Below, piece by piece: positions 55,388-64,000 of a stretch of 64,000 nt of DNA (position 1 is the stretch's first letter; each line of letters begins with the position of its first letter). A program made the position numbers and the translations under genes. Source of the DNA: Cladosporium halotolerans (taxonomy: Eukaryota); assembly GCF_011745625.1 (NCBI RefSeq), contig NW_027191456.1, positions 682,001-746,000 of the forward strand. Reading direction: 5' to 3'. The notes under the pieces were generated by a model that was given only the letters and a program-made list of their open reading frames with translations, was not told the origin of the DNA and did not search any database.

Positions 55388-57127
55388 ATGGACTACTGTC
55401 AAGCCACCCCTCCTCGCGCCACTGTCGAGGTCGAGAGTTCGGAACTTCTTTGCACAGGCGGCAGCGCAAGCACATCTTCGACGTTCTATCCTCAAGACTG
55501 GTCTCCTGAATCAGTTGTTACAGTAGCCACCACGCCACCCAGGTCGCCGCTGAAGATTCGGGAGAGTGGACCTCTTCTCCTTCCACGTGTTCGCGCCCAG
55601 GACCAATTCATGGGCTTGGGTCCTGATCCCACTTGCTTCGGTCAGACGATGGCGACCTCTCTTGCGAGCAACGGATTCCCCATGCAGTTTGGCGGCCACT
55701 TGCCTGGGCAACAAGATTCAGAGCGACGCTCGAGTAGCCCATCTTCTCTTCTGAGGACGTCACATGCACCAACACGTACATCGCAACCTCTTGTCCCAGC
55801 GAACTCCGTGTCTTACCAACGGCCGACTGTGGCGCATATGAGGTCGAAATCAACACCTTACATTCGAGGTCACTCGAGAAATAGCTCGTCTGGCAGCATC
55901 GATGCGTCGATGCTAAATCGATACGGCTACCCTACCTACAGACACAGTCCTACACCTCAACCTACCGGTATGGCTACACCAATGTCCCGAACGCCGAGTG
56001 CTATGAGTTTTCTTGCACCCATTACTCTCCCAAGTGGCCAAGTCCAGAGCTATCCAGTTCGGCGACGTACAGCAAGTCCACCTGCAAACCCGTCGAGGCT
56101 GAGCATTGAGACGCTCGATGCTATTGATACTGGTCTGGATATGGAAGAGACTTCACTGATGGATTATCTCACCAAACCTAATCCCGCGCCATCACTCACC
56201 CAGCGCACTGTCGAGGCCCGCCAAAGCTCTCGCTCAGATTTCTGGTTCGATGTCCGAAACGTCCGAAGTTGGTCTGATTTCAACATTACCACAGTCGCCG
56301 CCGTACCTAGCTTCCTTGACCTCCTCAAAATCGGCGTCTCCGCTCGTGCTCTGCCAACACCCAGCCGTGTCAACCTCAGCCCTGAGACACCAGCCCAACT
56401 TGCAGAGCTTTGCGCAAAACACCACGCAGTCAAAGTCAACGCCGCACTTAAGGTCTCCCAAGGCGACAAACACATCGCCATCCGCGCGCTCACATCTGGC
56501 CCATCTGGACCTCGACAGCAGCCTAACTTCGTCGCCAGCTACCAATCCGATGCCGAAAAGACCATCTACGGCGACGGGCGCGGCAGAGTCGTCGGCATCG
56601 TCCGCTGCTTCGACCAATGGCACTCTGGCATGCGCAACGAGTCGGCTCTGAACAAGATCAGCTACTTGCGCTCGCTAGCCCACCTCCACTGCTGCATGCG
56701 CGAGCACGGGTGTCGGTACGGCTTCATCATGACAGAAATCGAGCTGGTTTGCGTCCGAGCCGGCGGGCCCGTCAGCGAGGATTCGCAAATGCCGCTGTTC
56801 GGGTATCTCGAGCTTTCGGCGCCTATCCAGATGTCGACGTCTGGTTTGAGTAAGGACGGCGAGCTGCAGATGACTGCTGACCTGGCGCTTTGGTACTTGC
56901 ATATGCTTGCCAAAGAGGAGCCGTTGCCTGGGCAGTATACGTGGAGGATGGATGTCGGCGGTCCTGCGGCGAGGTCTAGGAGCCACCATTTGCCGCAAGA
57001 CGGGTGGATCCCTACCGTGCATCAGGTGGATAAGAGGGAGGCGAAGAGAGCCAGGGGATGGGTGTTTCCTAATGAGCCTTTGAACAAGCGCGAGCTCGTC
57101 AAGGGGAGGCGTACCTTGAAAGCCTAA
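55388..57127 (+). CDS. Conserved fungal hypothetical protein (disordered N-terminus; C-terminal globular domain)
   Basis: 579-aa ORF; GPLLLPRVR, FWFDVRNVRSW, MREHGCRYGFIMTEIELVCVR, LALWYLHMLA. Confidence 0.8.
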   Translation: MDYCQATPPRATVEVESSELLCTGGSASTSSTFYPQDWSPESVVTVATTPPRSPLKIRESGPLLLPRVRAQDQFMGLGPDPTCFGQTMATSLASNGFPMQFGGHLPGQQDSERRSSSPSSLLRTSHAPTRTSQPLVPANSVSYQRPTVAHMRSKSTPYIRGHSRNSSSGSIDASMLNRYGYPTYRHSPTPQPTGMATPMSRTPSAMSFLAPITLPSGQVQSYPVRRRTASPPANPSRLSIETLDAIDTGLDMEETSLMDYLTKPNPAPSLTQRTVEARQSSRSDFWFDVRNVRSWSDFNITTVAAVPSFLDLLKIGVSARALPTPSRVNLSPETPAQLAELCAKHHAVKVNAALKVSQGDKHIAIRALTSGPSGPRQQPNFVASYQSDAEKTIYGDGRGRVVGIVRCFDQWHSGMRNESALNKISYLRSLAHLHCCMREHGCRYGFIMTEIELVCVRAGGPVSEDSQMPLFGYLELSAPIQMSTSGLSKDGELQMTADLALWYLHMLAKEEPLPGQYTWRMDVGGPAARSRSHHLPQDGWIPTVHQVDKREAKRARGWVFPNEPLNKRELVKGRRTLKA

Positions 57128-57288
57128 ACACTGAGCACCGACTGGTCAATATGCATGAGTTTAGTAATAGCGTACAGCAGGTCTGGCGCGAAAAGTCCGA
57201 TGGCGGAATGAGCAATTGATCTCATAAATTAGACACCCTAATGAGCACCAAAAAGCCATCGCCACTCATCAACACCTCGAAAACCCCT

Positions 57289-58010
57289 CTACAACTTAAA
57301 CTTTAACAAATTCCCAATCATCTCCCTGCCCGTCACGCGCGTCGTCGCCCACAGCGTCGGGAAGTCGAGCGTGGACGAGAACGTGTCGGCGTACCCGAAC
57401 CCGAGCATGGGTGGGATCCAGCCGCGCGCGTACTCGAGCGCGAAGCACGACGACTCCATCTTGTACTGCTTGACCTCGCCGCGGCGCAGGTGGTGCACGG
57501 AGCCCGGCGGGTAGATCTCCGGCTCGAACTCGCCCGGCACGTAGGCCAGCTGCGTGCCCGTCAGGATGTTGAAGTAGTCGTCCGCCGTGTGCCGGCCCGT
57601 GTGGCCCTCGGTGCCGATGGCGGTGCCGAAGATGATGAGGTATTCGGTTATGCCTTGAGAAAATGTTAGCGAATTGTTTATTCGTTGGGAGTCTTGAACC
57701 ATTTCTGTTCTCTTTTCTTTGACTTACTGGCGTGAATAATGTACATGGCTCCCATGGCGCCACCGGCGTTGTTGAAGATCCACTCCTGGTCGAGGTTCAC
57801 GAACGGCTTAGCCGGGGTGTTTTGGAGGTTGGCGACGATGTCAGTGACGATGGCGCGGGTGTCGTTGCCATGCTGCGCGATAGCACTCTGCGCGAAGCCG
57901 TGCAACTCGGTCGGGTCGAAAACGTAGAAACTCTCAAGGTTTGCTTCGAGGAAGATGTAGACGCCGTACAGTAGCGCTGCCAGCGCTACGTATATGGGAA
58001 TAGAGTTCAT
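57289..58010 (-). CDS. ERG2: C-8 sterol isomerase; exons 58010-57728, 57653-57289
   Basis: [51 protein letters not shown]; intron GTAAGT..GCTAAC..AAG. Confidence 0.96.
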
Positions 58011-58158
58011 TTTAAGGGAAACGCCAAGAACTGATTTTTTTTCGCAGCGTCTCTTGAGAAGGACGAAAGAGTGAAAAGGAAGAAACGGGTATGTATTAGA
58101 ATAAAGAAAGTGTATAAATATTGGGACGAGCGTTGGCTGCAATTTTCATAAAGGAGGT

Positions 58159-58199
58159 ATCGTACGAGGCCGGATCCCTGCCGGCTGATTCGCCGCCCG
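58159..58199. promoter_or_regulatory. SRE-like site plus CGG-N12-CCG (AtrR-type) site upstream of ERG2
   Basis: ATCGTACGAG at 58159-58168 and CGG ctgattcgccgc CCG at 58182-58199. Confidence 0.45.
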
Positions 58200-58864
58200 A
58201 GCGCAGACTTCAGCTTTCCAATGCTGGGGAAGTGAGATGCGATGCAAACTAGTTCAGCATCATGTTACCTTTTCGCATTTGGTGCCACTGTCATCAATCG
58301 CAACAACTGCAGATTTCATTCAGGCCCGCCATCCAATCTGGGGGTTTCTTGGCCGAATTTGTCATTCTCGAGACGTTCAATCGATTTGGTTGCAACCAAC
58401 GAAGTTGCCGCCTCTGCTCCCTTGTTCCACTTTTCTTATTCTTGACAAGACCCATCTTCCCGTGATTGACCTGCAAATAAACTCAACAATTCAAACTTTG
58501 ACCCTCATTATCGGAGGATAACGACCGTGGACATCCACGGCCATTTCAACTAGAAAATGTTGTGCATTCAAAGTTCGATCGCTAGCACCGTCGACAAAAT
58601 CGATTTCCGGTGGATTTTTGGATACAGGGTCAGAGGCACACGTTTTGAGCCGATTCATTTATGCAAGGTAATCTACCTACTGTGTCGTTGGTGATCGGGA
58701 TCTGGCACGCATAGCTTTCAGCACGCGTGCTTAATTTGTGCCTGGATACTCGTCTAGTCCAGGCACAATCCGAACAAGCGGCCAAGCTTGTAGTTTTGAG
58801 CTCAGGTGATTTCAGTGCTCCTGCCACAGATGTTTTGTATTTCAACGCTAGTATTCGTAGTCAC

Positions 58865-59596
58865 TCATACAGTCCTGCGATCGGACATGGCTCTGACGAT
58901 GCTGCCGGGGCCAGAGATTTCCACAAGCTACATCATATGTCAGTATAGGCCGCTTGCGAGTACCAATGACACATATCAATGCTTACCTTCTCATGCCAGC
59001 TCAGCAGCACGCTCATAGCCTGACCACCACCCTCGGCACCTCCGAAACTCCTTCCTCCTGCCTGTGTGAAGCCAGTCTGCTGCGGCGTGACATTCTTGCC
59101 GGCCGAGTGTGCAGCCGCAGGCCCGCCCTGGCCCATGCCCTTGTAGATGTACTTCATGAGGGTGTCGCATACCTCGGAGCCGCCTTCGGATTGGTAGATG
59201 CGCTGCAGGATGGGTGTCATCTCGGATTGCCGTATTGACTGCAGGATCTCCGTGACTGTGCTGAGGTGGATGTTCTGGTGCGTTTGGCCTTAGCTTTGGT
59301 TTCCCCGGTGTCTACAGCGTCTGTCGTCTCTCATGCGCCCTTTAGGCATGCGACAATTGTCCCCGCCTTACCTTTCCTTGCTCGTCTGCGCCATAGGGAG
59401 GGTTCTCCAATGCTCCTTTAAGTGCCTCTTCCGACTGGCCTGCGCGCATCAATTGCTTGATTTGGCCCGAGAGAGTCTGTACATCCTGCGTCGAGACGGG
59501 TTGGACGGCGGGGGTCAGAGTCGCGAGGTCGAAGTTGTATGAGGATTCCGGGTCGAGGGCGTCAATGTTGAGTGTTCTCCAGTTGAATTCGGCCAT
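58865..59596 (-). CDS. ARC15: Arp2/3 complex subunit 5; exons 59596-59372, 59274-58987, 58927-58865
   Basis: WRTLNIDALDPE, ALENPPYG, DTLMKYIYKGM, SVLLSWHEK|LVEISGPGSIVRAMSDRRTV; two GTAAG introns. Confidence 0.95.
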
Positions 59597-59887
59597 TTTG
59601 TCTGAATGCTCCTTGCAGGGTAAATGTCCAGATCGCAACAACTCGCAATGCACGTTACGTTTCCCAGCGAAGCCCGCACCGCCAGCTGCCTGACGACGTC
59701 GAGTGTGGGGTCGGCTCTGGGCTGCGCTGGAGACCGGCGGCGCGCACAATCTGGCACGTCTGATCCCACGACTTTCGCTGCTTACCGTGCTCTGAGCCTC
59801 CGACCGCAGCATTCGCTCACAGCAACGAACTCGCAGTGCGAACGCCCTCTGCGCAGCCATTGCACTCGCCCTCACACACCACACGCC

Positions 59888-60561
59888 ATGTCGTCGCAAA
59901 CCCAACATCCTCCGGAGACGGTCTCCACCATCGAGGGCCCTGAGCTCGGCCAAACCGTCCGGCCCACCGTCCCGGCCAAGAAGCTCAACTCAGACTACCC
60001 GGTATATACACTCGCCTGAATGCGTCCCGACCCTGCAACAGCCTCACTAATACCTTCTCCAAGCTCATCGACTCCGACCCTCACTTCAAGCGCGTGCTCG
60101 GCTATGCCCGACCCTCCGACTACCTCGCCGGCGCCGGCTTCGCAGCCTGCGGCCCGGCGCTGATGCTCTGGTGGGAGCGCATCTCTCCCTCAGAGGTGGG
60201 CAAGGGCGGCTTCGCGTCGATCATGCGCCTCTCCGGTTTCGTCTCGCTCTCCGCGGGCTTCCTGCTGCTGTACTCGCGCAGCCAGAACCGCTTCTACGGC
60301 TGGACGGAGAACAGGCGCGAGCTGGACATGGACATGCGCGAGATGACGGACCGCGTCAAGCAGGGCCTGCCGCTGTACGGCAAGAGCAGCCTGACTGAGT
60401 ACATGCAGGGCGTCGCCAGCCGCCAGAGCAGGTACTCTGGTGTTTGGCTGCACGTCATGCCCTGGTTCAACTTCGTCAACCACCCGCACCACGGTGTCGA
60501 CACCGCCAAGTACTACCGGAACGCGGAGAGGGAGTTGGAGGCTGAGAAGAGCAAGGCTTAA
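59888..60561 (+). CDS. Complex I accessory 21-kDa subunit (NUXM); exons 59888-60001, 60064-60561
   Basis: DYP|LIDSDPHFKRV, RFYGWTENRRE, PLYGKSSL, PWFNFVNHPHHGVDTAKY. Confidence 0.93.
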
Positions 60562-61370
60562 GAAGGCAGAGGAAAGGATGGAGGAACTGTTAGAGGACGG
60601 TTGGGGACAGTCGGTCTGTTGTCTCCTAGAGCAGAGATGATAAGTGAGACCGGGCGAATCAGTGGAAGCATATCCGGGGCCTGTACGAGTAAAAAGGGCC
60701 AGTCCACCTGGAAGTGAACACAAATCTAGGGGTGGGGTTTGCGAGAAGAGCAGAGCAAATATTCCGCCAAATTTTCATTGCATTTCAACTAATGGGGCAC
60801 GTACCTTTCATGCTTTCAGCAGCAGTTGTAGGAAAATTGGTTGTTCAAGACGAGAGCCGATTTTTGCCGGGACGCCCTCTGTAAATGAATTCTGCGCCAC
60901 ATTCGAGTCCGAGCCGGCTGCAAACGGATTCTCCAGCCTCTGACATGAGAACGGTACTTCACAAATAGCGACGTCGAGGTAGAATAACGCGTGATGTATG
61001 CGATCCTTTGGCGCTCACCAATCTAGTACGCAGTCCCATTGAATTTCTATCTCCGCAGGAGAACAGGCTTCTAAAACCGGTAGGATCTGAACGTAGGCAC
61101 TCGTCTCGCGCAGTCGTAATAGTAAGATCGAGATTAACGCCAATGTCTTCACAGGGCACGTGGTAGAGGGAGAACTGCACTGCATGCTTGCTTTCCAATC
61201 TATTTCCGACACCCTTTTTTCTGCCATTCAACAACAATATGTTATCTGACTAGGGGAAAGATTCCATGCCGCTTCCTTGGGCTCTCGTGAACCAGGATTT
61301 GCCAAACAGCCGTCCACGGCAGATCGAAGACCTTGCTCGACTCTGCCATATTTGATTTTGAGCTGAGGAA

Positions 61371-62129
61371 TCAAAGGCTCAAAATCTCGGGTGACCGCCG
61401 GTAGGACCGGTCCCAGTAGTTCGGATCGTACCCGTGCTCGTAGAACTCGACGAGACTGGACAGCTCGACTTTCATCCACCCGACGTCGTACTGCGTGACG
61501 CCCTCGAGCGGCTCGTAAGGCTCTTCGCCGTCGTCCAAGTCCTGCTTCCACGCGCTTCGAATCATCTTCACCCATCTCCCGTCATTGACGGCTACGACGT
61601 CTCCCTGGACTATGGAGTGCAGGCATTCCGCGTCGGCGTAGATGGCGTAGCGGTAGCGGGAAGATCCTTCCACTCTGACCACAGCATGTTCGTCGTGGTC
61701 CTTTGCTTGAGGTTGCTCGCTTAGGTAGTTCTGCGAAGCCCAAGCCTGGAAGTGTTGACGAATGTCGTTGGTGCTCGCGGCGTTGAAGAGTTCCTTGTTG
61801 TCCATCACTGTCAGGGAGAATTTCTCGAGAATGTCTTTGCCGTTGTATAGCTCGAAGGTGTGTTCCAGCTCAGCGTTCAAACGCACGAGGAACTCTTTCC
61901 AGTCCGCATCGCTGTTGTACGTGTTTCGGTAGAGGACGTAGCCTCCCATCTCGTGACCGCATTCTTTCATTTGCTCTTCGATCATGTCGGCGGAATTGAA
62001 GCGTTTCAACCCTCGAGTACGTTGAGAGCGTGGCGGAGGCTCCGCGGAAGCGTGTAGTTCCGCGAGGATAGCTTGACCTCTGGCGGCGACTTCTGCAGGT
62101 ACGACGGACTTCCTGGGTTGCTTCGACAT
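61371..62129 (-). CDS. Hypothetical protein of an accessory fungal family
   Basis: GYVLYRNTY-SDADW, IRQHFQAW, RYRYAIYAD..L.SI, DVGWMKV; first ATG at 62129. Confidence 0.75.
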   Translation of the reverse strand: MSKQPRKSVVPAEVAARGQAILAELHASAEPPPRSQRTRGLKRFNSADMIEEQMKECGHEMGGYVLYRNTYNSDADWKEFLVRLNAELEHTFELYNGKDILEKFSLTVMDNKELFNAASTNDIRQHFQAWASQNYLSEQPQAKDHDEHAVVRVEGSSRYRYAIYADAECLHSIVQGDVVAVNDGRWVKMIRSAWKQDLDDGEEPYEPLEGVTQYDVGWMKVELSSLVEFYEHGYDPNYWDRSYRRSPEILSL

Positions 62130-62876
62130 TGTGCTGTGAGCGTTGTTAGTGGCGCTCAAGCATGAGGCGTTGATTTGGACTTACCTTGGTTTGAGAAGGA
62201 TAAAGGTTGGTGTGGTTCTCTGTGGCGAGCGGAGGTAAGAGTTGTGGTGGGAGAGAACGAGTGAACAAGATCTCCTGAGATAAGCAAGTGCGCATGGATC
62301 GGGTGGTGCTGAGCGTCCCCACCTTTATGTGAACTGAAGTGAAAGCAAGCAACAACGTCATGTGAAGAGTTTACGACACACTATTCAGAATCTCACGTGA
62401 TTATGCATCAAAGCGGGCTTCATGATTCACCTGAAGAGCAAATGGGCACTCTCACATTGCCACGGGTTCGTCACGACATGGCCACTGATGTCAGCCACTC
62501 ATCCTCGTGGTACGAAAACGGTACGCCAAACTTGACTGATCGAGCATCGACTAGATTGAATAATCATCTCGCACCAAAAGTCGCTTGAAACCCTTCAATA
62601 CAGTAGGAAAAGTGTACCCCGAAGCTTTCGCAATCGTGTCCGAGTGTACCGTTGTCAAGCAATTATGCGCTTCAGAGATGATTTGGTCACTTCCCACTAA
62701 TTCCAGCAAACAGAATAGCAAGAAGAAGGATTTTATTTAATTCCCATAGAATGAGAGATCTGGTCGGGCTCATTAATGAGAAATTTTAGACCCCCAACCG
62801 CGACGTCTGTTGGCTTGAGCGCTGCCGAACTTGGAGTTTGCTTTTGACGGAATCTCAGCCATACTTAAGGCGCTGC

Positions 62877-64000
62877 TCATCTGCCTGGTACAGTAAAGCT
62901 TGTCGAAAGCATTGTCCTCGAAAGGCTGGGTGTGGCGTTTGCTGAGGCAGAAGTCAGACGAGACGATATGGGAGGTGAGGACGCCAACGCCAGCGCCATG
63001 CTCTGAGAAATGGTGTCCTCCGTGCCAATGCACACCGGGCGAGAGATGTTAGCAGGAAGATTGGCGTAAAGATTTGACTCGCAGTCTCCCTCAAGCCATG
63101 GATTCCAGCGGTTCAGATCATCGAGGGTGATGTCAGCGTCCTGGATTAAGTCGCCGCAACTGTAGTCTGTGGAATCTGACCTCAGCATGCTGCAGGTAAT
63201 ATATCTTATGCTCATACAGAGACCTACCGTGCTTCCCGCCAACATCGTACCATATGGCTGTAAAACAGATACAACGTTCATCCGTGCCTGGAACAATGTT
63301 CCTGTTATCTGTCGAATCACAAAGCGTGTCTGGCTGGGGAGCTGAGAACCGTTAGCATTCCCTATTGTCACTATGCGGCTCAGAAGCCCCTCTTGACCCA
63401 CCGTCTATATGGATCAGCTCCACACAGTAACGGAACCCTGGATCAGCCTGACAATCGGTCAAGTTGCGCGACAAGCTAGGGTTCCACTGTAGCAGCTGCT
63501 CGGTCGTGATCTGATAGTTGAATGCTATTTGTTCGCAGTCCCTTCCGCGAGCATCGTCAAAAGTTTCATATGTGTCACATTCTTGCTTCGTTCCAGGTGC
63601 TCTCGGTAGTGACGAAGCGGGAGCGGTGAATAGGAAACCTGGGTCATTTGTCTTTGTTGCTACAGTGGCGTTGAGAGTCGGGAAAGTCGCTGGAGGCACG
63701 GTAATTCTTGCACTTCCTCGAGACCTCGGATATCCGACGTAAGTAGCTATGTCTCCGATAGGCGCAACACAGTAAGCCAGACCGAGCACGAGGTTGGTGC
63801 AGTCTTTATCGACGGTGGGATTGAGGAAGAGAAAGTCGGACAAGGATATGCCGCGAGCCATAGTCACCTTGCTACAAGTGTCGCCCTCGACGATCTGGAG
63901 AGGAGTGGTGTCAGCAGAAGCATTAAGAGAGACCGCCGGTATAAGCGAACATACATTATACCACTTCCCGCAAGTCTTATTCGATTCGTCAGGTGCATTC
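62877..64000 (-). CDS. Multi-LysM domain protein (CBM50), 5' end outside the window; introns ~63954-63895, 63401-63342, ~63227-63167
   Basis: CGKWYN|IVEGDTC..FLFLNP..DCTNLVLGLAYCV; C..IAFNYQIT.EQLLQWNPSL..C..RYCV; LNRWNPWL..DC; introns join the ORF fragments. Confidence 0.85.

Noticed and set aside
62877..63401. Apparent frameshifts in the LysM gene
   Set aside because: Canonical short introns reconcile the frames
1..64000. CRISPR arrays, transposases, LTR/TIR elements, rRNA, tRNA, and TGA-CTA readthrough PTS1 tails
   Set aside because: None seen by eye; repeats found are intragenic or the single tandem duplication; the stop codons I checked lack the readthrough context

Overview
Gene-dense, intron-containing genomic DNA of a filamentous ascomycete (probably a Dothideomycete; inferred from GT-AG introns with CTRAC branch sites, high GC3 and gene content). 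About 33 protein-coding genes were reconstructed by hand. Most are conserved housekeeping genes: HRI1, YIP1, GAL1, BNA5, ISA2, PGM, ATG11, RPT5, SCH9, ZUO1, MZM1, OMS1, ERG2, ARC15, complex I NUXM, a GPR89 homolog and two peroxisomal PTS1 enzymes. No rRNA, tRNA, CRISPR array or recognisable transposon was seen. The most interesting signals lie outside the ORF track or in accessory islands: (1) a secreted acidic repeat protein with six E[V/I]DxSLEGY cores and Arg-Asp processing-like sites, a candidate KEP/RiPP peptide precursor with a 1-nt frameshift; (2) a U21-like box C/D snoRNA candidate in a 3'-UTR intron of OMS1; (3) a probable non-coding two-intron host upstream of GAL1 carrying an H/ACA-like RNA; (4) a tandem pair of paralogous ~92-aa Cys/His micro-proteins with a duplicated upstream block, next to an APH-like kinase; (5) a possible GUG-initiated extension and an in-frame optional intron in SCH9; (6) pathway-appropriate cis-elements. 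All family assignments come from motif recognition, not database searches.
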